Source: Octopus bimaculoides
Lineage: Eukaryota
Length of the DNA: 64,000 nucleotides
Direction: 5' to 3'
Assembly: GCF_001194135.2 (NCBI RefSeq)
Contig: NC_069002.1
Coordinates: 20,991,981-21,055,980, forward strand
The notes under the pieces were generated by a model. It worked only from the letters and a program-made list of their open reading frames with translations. It was not told where the DNA came from and did not search any database. This document shows positions 1 to 12,760 of the stretch, piece by piece (position 1 is the first letter of the stretch; each line of letters opens with the position of its first letter). The position numbers and the translations under genes were made by a program.

Positions 1-118
1 CAAATATATGGTACCCTAGGCATAACACCTACATGAACTTCTAACTTGTTGTCTCTTGAGATCTCTGGGTGAGACTTGGATCCAACTTGTACAAATGCAA
101 AACAAGAGTCAAACATAA

Positions 119-151
<33 letters not shown>
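1..151 (+). mobile_element. Probable 3' UTR and (AAT)n tail of a non-LTR retrotransposon (R4/Dong-like)
   Basis: Unique sequence ends ...GTCAAACATAAAA and runs straight into (TAA)n at 119-151, the same tail style as the R4/Dong 3' ends at 19277 and 51066. No coding part is in the window, so the clade is inferred. Confidence 0.45.
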
Positions 152-153
<2 letters not shown>

Positions 154-661
154 GGGCTCATACAGCTGTAAAGATCAATTAATGATCAATAAAGCCATAA
201 CTGAAGACAGCCGCAGAAAGAAGAAAGGCCTCAGTATGGCCTGAATCGACTACCGAAAGCCTTTTGATAGTGTTCCCCACACGTGGATCCTCGAAACACT
301 AGCCATATACAAGGTAGCACCAATAGTTATAAAATACATAAGGCACTCTATGAATAAATGGCAGACAGTGCTACAGCTCCGAACAAAATAGGGACTCGTG
401 AAAACCAAAGCCATCACCATTAGAAGAGGAATATTCCAGGCAGACACGCTTTCTCCACTCCTGTTCTGCTTGGCACTGACACCTTTATCTGACTTACTAA
501 ATAGAACTGGATGCGGATACAAATGTTACGGCAAAACAATCAGCCACCATTTATATATGGATGACCTAAAACTATACGCTACAAATGATAAACAGCTAGA
601 AACACTACTACAGACAGTACATGGATTTACCAAAGACATAAATATGAAATTTCGATTCGAA
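152..661 (+). mobile_element. R4/Dong-clade (RLE non-LTR) reverse transcriptase fragment, pseudogenised
   Basis: One frame from 152 reads KGSYSCKDQLMINK...SMA*IDYRKPFDSVPHTWI...RRGIFQADTLSPLLFCLAL...ISHHLYMDDLKLY, giving RT motifs DxxKAFDSV, QGDxLSP and YMDD with two in-frame stops. Bracketed by (AAT)n and (TTA)n. Confidence 0.92.
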
Positions 662-663
662 AA

Positions 664-713
<50 letters not shown>

Positions 714-770
714 GGCAGAATCATTAGCACGCTTGGCGAAATGTTTAGCGATATTATAAATTGAAAAAGT

Positions 771-835
<65 letters not shown>

Positions 836-960
836 CTAGTAGTAGTAGTAGTAATAGTAGCAACAGCAGCAGCAGTAGTCCTAGTTTGTATTAGTAGGCG
901 TGGTGGTTGTGGTAGTTTTGCTGCTGGCGGCGGCGGTGGCAGCGGTAGTGTTAGTGGTGA
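662..960. repeat. Compound trinucleotide microsatellite (TTA)n / (TAG)n / (CAG)n / (GGT,GGC)n, interrupted by a SINE head
   Basis: Read directly from sequence. Confidence 0.95.
712..755 (+). mobile_element. 5' head fragment of SINE family A
   Basis: AAGGCAGAATCATTAGCACGCTTGGCGAAATGTTTAGCG matches the heads of the copies at 36384-36598, 49309-49521 and 52175. Confidence 0.7.
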
Positions 961-1265
961 TGAACACGGTTATTAGTAAGTAATATCAAAATGTCTGACG
1001 ATATAAGAGGAAATTTGTATTTGAAATGACGAACTGGAGAAAGACAAAATTTAATCAAACAATTCCAAAGAGCAAATCTTCCTGACCACCAATTTAGATT
1101 TGCATATCTCTTGTAAACAAGAATCCATAACGAACTCAAGAGATACTCTTACATCAATTAGGAAACTAATTGCCCGGTTACCATGCCAAAATATTCACAA
1201 AGATTTCTTTGAAGCCAAATGTCCATGCATACTTATTATATTTCTTTTCATATGCATACATATAC

Positions 1266-1267
<2 letters not shown>

Positions 1268-1340
<73 letters not shown>

Positions 1341-1525
1341 GTGTGTATGTATGTATGTATGTATATATACATACATGTGTGTGTATGTGTATATATGCAT
1401 ATATGTATGTATGGATATATGTATATATACATAGACATATACATATGTATGTATGCATGTATGTATGTATGTATGTATGAATGTATGTATGTATATACAC
1501 ACACACCCATATATATATATATATA
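1268..1525. repeat. (AT)n/(ATGT)n compound microsatellite
   Basis: Direct; explains the YI/VCMY-rich ORFs at 1100-1697. Confidence 0.95.
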
Positions 1526-1631
1526 CGGGTTTATACACGTACTGGCTTCCGATATGTGGAGCTTTCGTTCGGTAGAACTCGCATGTGCAAGTTATTTGCA
1601 AAGCGTTTATAAGTATACAGGCTTATGCTAT

Positions 1632-1700
1632 GGGCTTCTTTCGACTCCTTCTACCATTTCATTTCACATGGCTCTAGTCCGTCCAAGGCTAAAGTAAAAG
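1632..1700 (-). mobile_element. Old fragment of SINE family C
   Basis: GGGCTTCTTTCG...TCTACCATTTCATTTCACATGGCTCTAGTCCGTCCAAGGCTA resembles 42620-42680 and 35700-35765. Confidence 0.5.
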
Positions 1701-1915
1701 ATATATTTCTTCATGCATATATATATTTTTAACTATCGATATTTACCTATATAACATCATTTATATATATTTTTACAGACAGCTACATGCATGTGAATGC
1801 ATTAGTTAACATATGTACGTATTGAGAATTATTTCCCGATGGGCATACATGAATTTGCATAATTATCTGTGACCAGGTAAATAATGTGGGTGGCGTATTA
1901 GTAATTTAGTAACGT

Positions 1916-2195
1916 AAATTGACTACTGACGTCTATAAATTTACCTTCAGACTTTAAATTGCTTATTAACATCTATAAAATTTATCTTCAGGCATTTAAA
2001 TTGCTTAGTGGCGTCTATAAATTTGCCTTTAGGTTTTTAAATTGCTTAGCGACGTCTATAAATTTGCCTTCAGATTTCAAGTTGCTACGCGCCGTCTATA
2101 AACTTGCCTAAGGTTTCTAAATTGCTTAGCGACGTCTATAAATTTGCTTCAGGTTTCTAAATTGCGTAGTGATGTCTATAAATTTGCCTTTACAT
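1916..2195. repeat. Minisatellite, 7 copies of a 40-42 bp unit (consensus AAATTGCTTAGCGACGTCTATAAATTTGCCTTCAGGTTTCT)
   Basis: Seven adjacent units aligned by eye; no unique spacers. Confidence 0.9.
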
Positions 2196-2368
2196 TGGTA
2201 AGTGTTGGTAATATCTAGGGTCTTTACATGTTTAGGTGTCTGCAATATCTGGGGCCTCCCTAAGTCAACTTACTAACATAGTGCTTTTGTTGCTAATGAT
2301 TCGTTTTGACTCTTATTTCTAGCAACGCTGGTACCTCTTTGTGCCCTCTGTCAATTTAGTGACATATA

Positions 2369-2405
<37 letters not shown>

Positions 2406-2739
2406 NNNNNNNNNNNNNNNNNNNNNNNNNNNNNNNNNNNNNNNNNNNNNNNNNNNNNNNNNNNNNNNNNNNNNNNNNNNNNNNNNNNNNNNNNNNNNNN
2501 NNNNNNNNNNNNNNNNNNNNNNNNNNNNNNNNNNNNNNNNNNNNNNNNNNNNNNNNNNNNNNNNNNNNNNNNNNNNNNNNNNNNNNNNNNNNNNNNNNNN
2601 NNNNNNNNNNNNNNNNNNNNNNNNNNNNNNNNNNNNNNNNNNNNNNNNNNNNNNNNNNNNNNNNNNNNNNNNNNNNNNNNNNNNNNNNNNNNNNNNNNNN
2701 NNNNNNNNNNNNNNNNNNNNNNNNNNNNNNNNNNNNNNN

Positions 2740-2807
<68 letters not shown>

Positions 2808-5036
2808 CAGTGTGCATATAGATATGTCTATGTGAGTGTATGTATACATTTGTGTGTATAAGTATATATATATATATATATGAAGTGTTATATTGATGTA
2901 ATTATCCAAATATTGCTAACCGCTTCTTGTATGGTCCCCCGCAATCAAAACTAATTCCATGTTATAGACATCTTCTCTTTGCCCCCCCCCCCAACCTTTA
3001 TCAAATTAATGATGTCTTCTAAGGAAACATTGATAAGTAATTTATTTTCCTAAATACTATGAAGTTCCTCTTCGTGAAATCGTTTATTTCCCTTTCCTTC
3101 TAATGGAAAACCGTTGTAATTGTTTATAAAGTAATGCATCTCTTGTAATATTGTTCCCTTCCGTGTGATTCTGCATTCACTTTCTTCTACAGTAAGCAGA
3201 ACAATCTTACGATAGCGTCTGTCCTAAATGAAGATTGGTGTCTCATTGTCTTCGAATACAGATGAAAGGATTAATCTCTGCCCAGTATACCAGGCATGTT
3301 ATCTAAGAATCTATGATATATATTTCCTGCATAAATCCATTTAGTTCATTTTAAGAATTTCAGTTCTAAACTACCGGTAACTGAGCTGTACGCGCATTAA
3401 CGAAGGAGCTTCAGCTTCATATTTTAATCAGACTTGACAATTGTCGAGAAGACTTGACAATTAGTCTCACCAGCAAGTTAACAAACACAAAGACGTGCAG
3501 TGGAAAGTCTCCAAAATTGATGATGAAAGTTTCATTACCATGGCCCAACAATGTTTCTACATACATATATGTATTATTTTGTTTTGATACTGGTTTGCGT
3601 CGCACTGTGTTCGCAAACCAGTATCAAAACAAAATAATACATTCACCTAATGCGTAGTTTCGCTTGGTCATGCATTGGAAGCACACATAAAATAAACTAT
3701 AATAAAGCGAAGGATGGGGATCATACGCGAATTTGCTGAGCAGCTTGCATCTGTTTTATTATGCTAAAGATGCCTGTAGTAAAAACGAGAATATTGTGAA
3801 GAAATTTGAGATTCCTGAAAACAGAACTTTTCCTCTCACACCAGACCTTATCGTCTTCCTCATATTCAACTCCCACATAAACCTGAGACCTAGAAATTAG
3901 CTACTCTTTCCGGTTAATGCTTTTCTTGGTTTGTGTGTCATTGTTATTTAGGGAAAAGAAAAAAAACGAGGAGTTATTTGCGCTACCAACCGGTTTTTAA
4001 TAGCTTATAAAATTAGGTTTCAGCTTGGATTTTCAGCGCACAGAGCCATAGACTGCTACTTTTATGGTTATTCCCATGAGCACAAACCACATTATTGAAA
4101 ATGTTTCAGCTAAGTGTTGAACAGAACCCTGATGCTTGCAAAAATCAGGTGATGAGGTTTAACTGTTACATTAGAGAGAATTTATTCTGATGAATTTTTT
4201 TGTTTTTAATGGCGAAATATATTCCCATTGATACTGCTGTTATCACTAAATGTATTGATTTCATATTCCTCTGCAGCTTCCACTACTGCACAGTAAACAA
4301 TTTTATATCATCGTGATACGATTTCGATGTGAGAAACCTGTATTTTATTGTCGTAGACAACCAAATGAAAAGTTCCTTCGAAAGCGTGATTTAATGAGTG
4401 CCCAGTAAAATATGGCTATTTCAAGCGTAGGCGATCTAAAAAAAAGGTTATCGTATTCTTCATTATCGCAGAATGGATTAAAAATAAAATTACTTATTTC
4501 ATAGACATCAAACTAAAAATTAATAAGAAATTCAATTACTAAAATGTTGCTGTAAAGCATTAAAAATTCAATTGTAAAAAGAGTGAAAGAGAAGCAACAA
4601 TAGACACAAAACGTGTGCTGGGTGAACAGTGAGCCTCTTTTAGTTAACTCCACTACAGCAAAGACGATTTCATCTTATCAAATGTGAATTTCATATGGGA
4701 AATACTTTCACTGAGGCAGCAACTACCAAGTACAGTTGAGCACTGTGATCATGGTTCTGCAGTACTGGAAAGAATAAGATGAAATTGTTTCATTCCTGAA
4801 ATTAGTAGTGAGTCATTTGAAGGACGAAACACGAATTTTAAAGATGTTAAAACTGCCTAAAATATAAACGCCGGGGGCATCAAATGAAGCGGATTTGTTG
4901 CAACTGCAAATCGAAACAGAGAACTACATGTCTCAGTGCAAACATGCAATAAGACATTAAACAAAGTCTACATGACTTCCGACTGATAGAAAAAAGAAAC
5001 AAATTGTGATTCACCTGCATTACTGAGTTGATGATT

Positions 5037-5107
<71 letters not shown>

Positions 5108-5203
5108 ATGTATGTATGTATACACACACACATTTATATATATATACAAATGCACACACACACACACATAAATACATTCATAAATATATTCACATTTATA
5201 TAA

Positions 5204-5241
<38 letters not shown>

Positions 5242-8200
5242 ATGTATGTATGTGTGCATGTATGCTCTCACGCACATCCACACACACACATATGTGCGTG
5301 GGGTGTGTTAGAAATGATTAATATACCTTTGTGTTTGTTTGTCGAAGCATGTCATACGATTCCGATACATTGTTATAGATGTTCGCCAGTCCTATTCTGA
5401 AATATCCGCTGAAATAAATATCGGAACTGGCTCCCCTTCGCAACGTATTATCGTTTGTATAATGATATATTCACCTCACTTGTTACACATATATTTATTA
5501 TATAGGATAACCGATTTGATATTTTCCCATGTAAAAATATTCCCGGCAATATCCTGAACGATATAGACGGCTTGGCAGAAAATATATTCGGAACTTTTCG
5601 TCGGAATAACTAGCTGCCTGTCGATTTCTATCAATAAGTAGAAAGCGTAAAATATCTATATTGATTATCCTTCTGCTGTTTCTCTTTAAGTCTAGTTTCT
5701 TTCTTCTTCCTATTATAAATATCGCTGGTTCTGGCCTTGTGTCAGGACAATGTAAGTAATTACTCTCGAGACCAATGTTGTTGGTGCTGCTATTAATGTC
5801 TTTCAGATTCTTTTTTCTCTCCTAATTAATCATTTTGCACTTTTACGTCGTGCATTTATATATATTTTACGTTGCGCACCAGTTTATCTGTAGAGAAACC
5901 AAAACAGCAACAAGTCTTAAGCTGGACACACATAATTCGGATAGAGGAATGTTTACTGTCAGGAATGCAACTGGGTAATAGATTGTTAGCGTTGAAATGA
6001 GTTACAGATTGATAACTGTTAGAAAGAAATTAACGTAGAGAATTTCAGACATCCGCGTATGCATACTTGCAGGTGTTTCTGTCTATATGGGTTTTCCCTA
6101 TATATTTCAGCAGTATACTTTTGATACATATATTATCCCCCCACACGTTGTAGCACTGGAATGTAATGCTTCCAATTACAGTTACTCATTTTTGCGCAGA
6201 ATGTGTCGATACTTCCTGATAGTCGATTGCGTTAGAAATAAAATCAGGAAGTGGAATCTCTAATTACAAACTGAATAGTTGCACAAGTGTTTAGAATATA
6301 ATTTATCAACTATAAGTGTGAATTCCTAAATACACTCACTCACACAATCAAATGTGAGGCTCTTTGATCGTGTGTTGAATACATAAAATGTTAATAATGT
6401 ATTAGTTTAATTATATCTGTTGATGTTTGTATTTGTTTTCTCGTTGTGCGCGTGTGTGAGAATTTGCATGTGTCACCATCTACATGTGTCTTTTTGGAAA
6501 TACATTGTTTCTATCTTTCGTCTCCAATTTTTGTGTCACACTTAACATTCTTCATTCACAAATAAATTTTATTGTTTAGTATACACGACATGATGTGGTT
6601 GAGTATCGAATTCCTATTTCACCATACAAGTGTTTAAAAGTTAAAACAAACTTTATATTCAGGAATATTTCAACTTACCCTCTTGAAAGCTGGAAGATAA
6701 TGAAGTTTCCAGTCGTTGAATAGTTGTTTCATGCTTGATTTCCTATTCTATGTTCACGTACTCGGATATGTCATCTTCCTGTTAAGACAAGAAAATAGAA
6801 TTCAGGAATTTCAGCTCAGATACATTTAAACACATCTACTGGGAAAATAAATAGGATAGAATATTTATATTCCATCGACCAAATAATATGTTAGGTTGAC
6901 TTGTTAAAAATAGAAAGCAATTCTCCTTTAAATCACATTTGATGTCTTCAAAGTACATTGCATTTTAGATATAGATTATGCACAAATTTTAACGGAATAT
7001 AGCATGGGATGCTACGGACGGAATGTACTTGAACGTTGTTTGCTTAATCATTTTAAGCAAAATAATAACAATTTTAAATTCTTGTAACATTTCTGTTAAA
7101 TATTGTATAAATTCCAAAACTTCCTATCTTGGAGAAAACTTTGGTAAAGCATCATGTCAGGTTAGCGTTCCTGCTCTGCAATGCACAATAGACCGTCCTT
7201 CTTTTCATTGTTAAAAGAAGGATGATGGATCACGTAGTGTCATATCAGATGACATTACGTGTTCTTTATACCTTTGTGAACACACGCCGTCCCGCACCTG
7301 CAATACGGTTACAGGGCTTAAGTTTTACATGAGTAATATATATTTCTTTTACGAAAGAAATATTTACGAAATAGATAAGCATAAATATGAATGTGTGAGA
7401 CGACACCTTGTTTAGTAAGTGTGACGGTGTACTGCTTAAAAGTCACAAAGTGTTCCACACACATACACACATATGCACGTGTAAAAGTACACGCGCGCAC
7501 ATACACACAGACACATACAAACACAAAGAAAAAAAGTTAATGTCACACTTGAAGAGCATCAACCATATGGCATAGAGGGAAAATGCATCATGGGCGACTT
7601 ATTCATATTAAACGCGTCTAACACTTGTAATATATGATGTATACAGAGATTATAGATCTATTTAGTGCAAAAAAATAAATAAATAACCGTTAGCATCATA
7701 TTGTTTGCAAAGATCAAACATCGAACTCCAAGTTGGATAACTCTATATTAGTATTATAGAACCTAACTTTTGGCACGGCAACTCGATGCAGAAGGTAATT
7801 AGTGTTGTTTGAAAGTCAACTGGTAAAAGTAAGAGACATATTTCAATCGAATTAGATCTCAGCAGCAACGAAGGAAAATGTGTAACTTAAATGATTGCGT
7901 AAACACAGTCTGCTGAAATGTTATTGTGTAGTGAAATGTACCGCCTAAGTTAATCTTCATTTATAAAATACTTTTGTTATGTTTTGTGGAACTACCTAAT
8001 GTATTTATAAAGAATACGAGAAAAATTCAATACGTTAATGATTTTGTCAGGTGCATTCTTTGCAGAATTGAAATGGAATCAGTAAATTAGGAAATCGATA
8101 GTTTGACACGGATATTTCTATATTTAAGGGAAGTTGTCTAAATAGTGGCAGCAAAGGAGGTTTCTGCAAGATATTTTCCAGATGCCTGGATTTCCCGTAG

Positions 8201-8630
8201 TATCCAATATATATCAATAACCACAGGAAATGGTGGATTCATTACCCTTCATGAACTGAATCTTGACAGATAGCTTCCCACACATCACAGTAGTACGACG
8301 CTTTTCATATTTGCATTTTTTTCCTTGTAATATTTTCAACCACGTGATTCTAATTGACATATAGTACCACCCATCATCATCCAGTAACAATTGTCTGAAG
8401 CATAAGATTCATATTTTACATTTATGAAAATCCAAATAATCAAGTGTCGTCCTGTATAGGTGTGTGTGTGTTTGGATGAGAGTATGTGCGTATATAAATA
8501 TACAGAGAACAGATCACGTATTCAGAATCCATAGGAGTATATATAATATAAATAATATATAAATATATGCATATATCCATACATATATGTACATACCTAC
8601 ATATATATGTATATATACATGAATATATGG

Positions 8631-8780
8631 GTACAGGACATCAAAAAGACGTTGAACACAATGAGAAACGAAAACAAAAACATAGAAAACGAACGTTTTT
8701 TTGAACAGCGAAAAAAAAACAAACAGAGAAACGAGGCATGCAACATAAAGAGTATACCCTTCGTCAGTTGTCCCTGTTTC
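8631..8780 (-). mobile_element. Probable Penelope-like pseudo-LTR remnant
   Basis: Shares the plus-strand GTACAGGAC...TCNTCAG...GTTTC architecture with 43766-43834 and 57836-57902. PLE assignment is inference. Confidence 0.4.
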
Positions 8781-9047
8781 ATATATATATATTCGCTTAC
8801 ATAACAGCCTACTAACCTATCTACCTGTGTATGTATAACTGTGGGTATTGGAGTATCACTACTTTCTACACGGTATATTGATATTTATATTTGTTCTCCG
8901 TCTTCCTTTTCCTCTGTTTGAAGAAGAGCTTTAGTCGTGAGGTTAAACCAACTTTCTTTCCATTCTTGAGCGTCTGCTAATACTTTACATGTACCACGCC
9001 CTCGCGTTGCTGCTTTTTATGCTTGTCGTTCGTTTTGGGGGATTTAC

Positions 9048-9102
<55 letters not shown>

Positions 9103-9651
9103 GTGTGCGTGTGTGTGTGTGTGTGTAAACATGTATGCATGTATGTATGTTTGTATGTATGTATGTATGTATGTATGTATGCCAACATNNNNNNNNNNNN
9201 NNNNNNNNNNNNNNNNNNNNNNNNNNNNNNNNNNNNNNNNNNNNNNNNNNNNNNNNNNNNNNNNNNNNNNNNNNNNNNNNNNNNNNNNNNNNNNNNNNNN
9301 NNNNNNNNNNNNNNNNNNNNNNNNNNNNNNNNNNNNNNNNNNNNNNNNNNNNNNNNNNNNNNNNNNNNNNNNNNNNNNNNNNNNNNNNNNNNNNNNNNNN
9401 NNNNNNNNNNNNNNNNNNNNNNNNNNNNNNNNNNNNNNNNNNNNNNNNNNNNNNNNNNNNNNNNNNNNNNNNNNNNNNNNNNNNNNNNNNNNNNNNNNNN
9501 NNNNNNNNNNNNNNNNNNNNNNNNNNNNNNNNNNNNNNNNNNNNNNNNNNNNNNNNNNNNNNNNNNNNNNNNNNNNNNNNNNNNNNNNNNNNNNNNNNNN
9601 NNNNNNNNNNNNNNNNNNNNNNNNNNNNNNNNNNNNNNNNNNNNNNNNNNN

Positions 9652-9880
9652 ATGTGGAAGGGAGTGTGATTCAGCAGGAGGACTTAAACGACACGCAAAG
9701 GTACATGGAGCCCAGTTACAACAACAGCCAGCTATTGCCAGTAAAGGTTTTGGATGCTAACTCTTTGCAAGACATTGTAGATCTTTGGCTGGGCTAAAAA
9801 GTCACATTCGATCGCAGCACCGTTAGGTTAAGCTTCGTGAAATGGCCATACTCGATAACGAGGGGGCAGCCATCATCATG
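9652..9880 (+). mobile_element. RTE-like LINE 3' end with C-terminal C2H2 zinc-finger motifs, short 3' UTR and (CAT)n tail
   Basis: CGRECDSAGGLKRHAKVH, then a degenerate second finger C*LFARHCRSLAGLKSHIRSQH and a stop at 9824-9826. The UTR GGCCATACTCGATAACGAGGGGGCAGC ends in CATCATCAT. The 5' side is lost in a gap. Confidence 0.6.
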
Positions 9881-10640
9881 TATGTATGTATGCATGTATG
9901 CATGTATGTATGTATGTATGTATGTATGTATGTATGTAGGTAGGTAGGTAGGTAGGTAGGTAGGTAGGTAAACAAATAGGTAAGTAGATAGATGGTTGCA
10001 TATATATTAAGGACTGACTAGCACATAAACACAGGCACAAAATGAGATGGAAACATATGACCATATACATACGCACACTCCACACACACGCGCGCGCGCA
10101 TGCACACACGCACCCCCCACACACACAAGGACACATATGCAGAAGCATATCCACACATAACAGACGCACGCACATAGTCATATAAACCCATACCCACAGA
10201 CATACTCAAGGAAACAGGACTACACACACAAACACACAAACCTGCCCTCACACGCACTTGAATATGTAGAATACATACATACAAACGTACAAACACGCAT
10301 CCATCCATCCATACATACATACATACATACATACATACATACATACATACATACATACATTCATATGTGTATACACGTGGACACTGACGCACACCACATG
10401 CGCACAAACAAAAAAAATAACCAAAAACAACACAGCTCCGATAACAGAGAGTCAATGACTTTTGACGAGGTTGCAATAAGCAACGAAAATATTAGGAAAA
10501 GGAATGAATAAATAAATTAGTAAATGAGTGGAAATTGAACCGGTGAGTTTGTTAATTAATAATGCATTAAAACAGAATCACTCACCCTAGACGACAAAAT
10601 ATCCTCCAACACACGAATTCACATAAAGAAACTTGCGAAC

Positions 10641-11760
10641 CAAATACGAAACGAAAATTACACATATATATACTTTACAAGACCACAGACGCTAAACAAT
10701 ATGTATTCTAAACAATATCTAATAGCTCATGTCATCTGAGACATATCAAAACAAATATACCCTTCAGCCTTGCAAGAAGAATTTGTATCATAGTATCGGG
10801 AAAAAATACCAGAGAACTAAGATTGCAAGTTCAAAATCGATTAATATCAAAACATTTAGAATAGCCAAACACAACAATACATCTACCTTCAAAGCACGAC
10901 CTTGTATTTCCACGTACAACCCCAGAAACAAAGAAGCATTCAAAGAAGCATTCACCGTCCAAAATCTTCCAATACTCCATAGGGACCCGAAACTTAAGGA
11001 GATCCTACGTAACCATAAAACCATTAAGAGCAGCAAACAGCCAAAATCATTGAAAAAAATTCTCACCAATGCCAAACTATTCTCTATAACAACGGACGCA
11101 AGAATCATAAAGTGTGGTTGCTCTAATTGCGGAACATGTCCCTATCTGTTGGAAGGATTGGAATTCCATTTCAGACAAGGACAAATGTTCAAAATCAAAT
11201 CGAACTTCACTAGCGTCTTCCAAAACCTCATTTACGTAAACAGATGGTCGGGCTGCAATCGAAATTATATTGGCTCAACAGAAAATTCGACAGGAAAAAG
11301 ATGTATGGTCCACAGACAACACATTTCTTCCCCATAATATCGCTCCCCGCAAATATATCTCAGTCAACACATTGAGGAATGTTCTGAGCGATTACATCCA
11401 CAATTCGAAATTTTCTCATGTTATGAACTTGTCTTCTGGACGTCAACACAGGTGAGACTGAATAAAGAAGCCTCATTTATCCACAAATATAAACCAGAAT
11501 TAAATATCAACCCATATTGAAAATAAAGGACTTATCCCATCAAATGGAAGGTATAAGCCACAATAAAGCAGAGAACACCAAAATCAATAAAATAAAAATT
11601 ACATATTTACCTCCCATTTACTGCAAAATAAATGAGTGAACAATTATCGCCTGTAACAATGTGTTTTTTCCTCCTAGCAATTTATCGCATTCAACTCTCA
11701 GCTTGATGAGCAATGCGAAACCGATCCTTAGTTCAATCAGGTTGAAAGAACAAAACTTTA
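10641..11760 (+). mobile_element. Penelope-like element (Neptune-type) 3' portion: RT thumb, Cys linker, GIY-YIG endonuclease, pseudo-LTR; inactivated
   Basis: Thumb LYKTTDAKQYVF*...SSCHLRHIKTNIPFSLARRICIIVS, then a frameshift. Linker KCGCSNCGTC; GIY-YIG NLIYVNRWSGCNRNYIGST...KRCMVHRQH; in-frame stop at 11335-11337; C-terminus RLNKEASFIHKYKPELNINPY* ending at 11520. Confidence 0.9.
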
Positions 11761-11830
11761 TCGTTTACAAAATTGTATATCTTTACTTTCATGGCTCTAA
11801 TATACTCTTAAATCCTGTAAGGCAAATCTG

Positions 11831-11884
<54 letters not shown>

Positions 11885-12629
11885 NNNNNNNNNNNNNNNN
11901 NNNNNNNNNNNNNNNNNNNNNNNNNNNNNNNNNNNNNNNNNNNNNNNNNNNNNNNNNNNNNNNNNNNNNNNNNNNNNNNNNNNNNNNNNNNNNNNNNNNN
12001 NNNNNNNNTATATATATGTATGTATGCATGTATGTATTATGTATGTAGGTATATAAGCATGCATGCATGCATGTATGTGTGTATGTATGTATGTATGTAT
12101 GTATGTATGTATGTATTTATATGAATGTTTATCGATGAACCAATTAATTTTTCTGGATTTAATATATTTCACTGAAAGAAGAATGGTTTAAAAGTCGAAA
12201 AATTCCATGTTTCATATCATTAGAGTTCCTTCCCTTATTTGCAGCCTTTAAAGAGCCATAGTATTATCTCAACTAATTGCATGGGTCGTCCCAGTTAATA
12301 CATGTTTTTAATCTCCCTGTATTAAATATAGGATTTATAACAGCGTGTTTATTTAATATCTGGAACTCCCCTGCAGCTCTGTTCTAGTAATGTTCCATAT
12401 ATTGCTGACTCCATATTTGGACGTTATGTATCTCGAAACAACCAATTTATAATTCCTTGACAATATGTAATCTCCTTTAGAGAAAGCAAGAGAAAAGAAT
12501 AACATATATACAGTAATGTCCCATAACCGTTTGGTAAATTTCTATCACCACGTTGCTAGAATTGATTGGAGTTTTAGATGAAGAATGAGAAAGGATATAT
12601 AAAAATGAAAGAAGAGCCAAGAGCGGGCA

Positions 12630-12760
12630 AATAATCTGACAACAAGATATGCATTGGCGAAGATAAAGAAAGATTGCAACAAAGTAACAAAGACTGCGAA
12701 CAGCTTTGGGTTAAACGTTTATTTCGCTAAGTGAAGTATATGTGTTTGTTATTTTCAATT
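12630..12760 (+). mobile_element. Possible very old LINE RT remnant (RTE-like)
   Basis: Frameshifted GEDKERLQQ / VTKTANSFGLNVYFAK resembles the post-YADD region of LINE RTs; short and weak. Confidence 0.3.

Noticed and set aside
1916-2195. Possible CRISPR-like array
   Set aside because: Units are contiguous with no unique spacers, the context is eukaryotic, and no cas genes are present
3000-3370. Possible retroviral-type protease remnant (minus-strand PGILGRD)
   Set aside because: Single short motif amid stops; no other gag/pol motifs
3417-3657. Short ORFs on both strands in non-repetitive sequence
   Set aside because: No recognisable domain or convincing splice context; expected by chance
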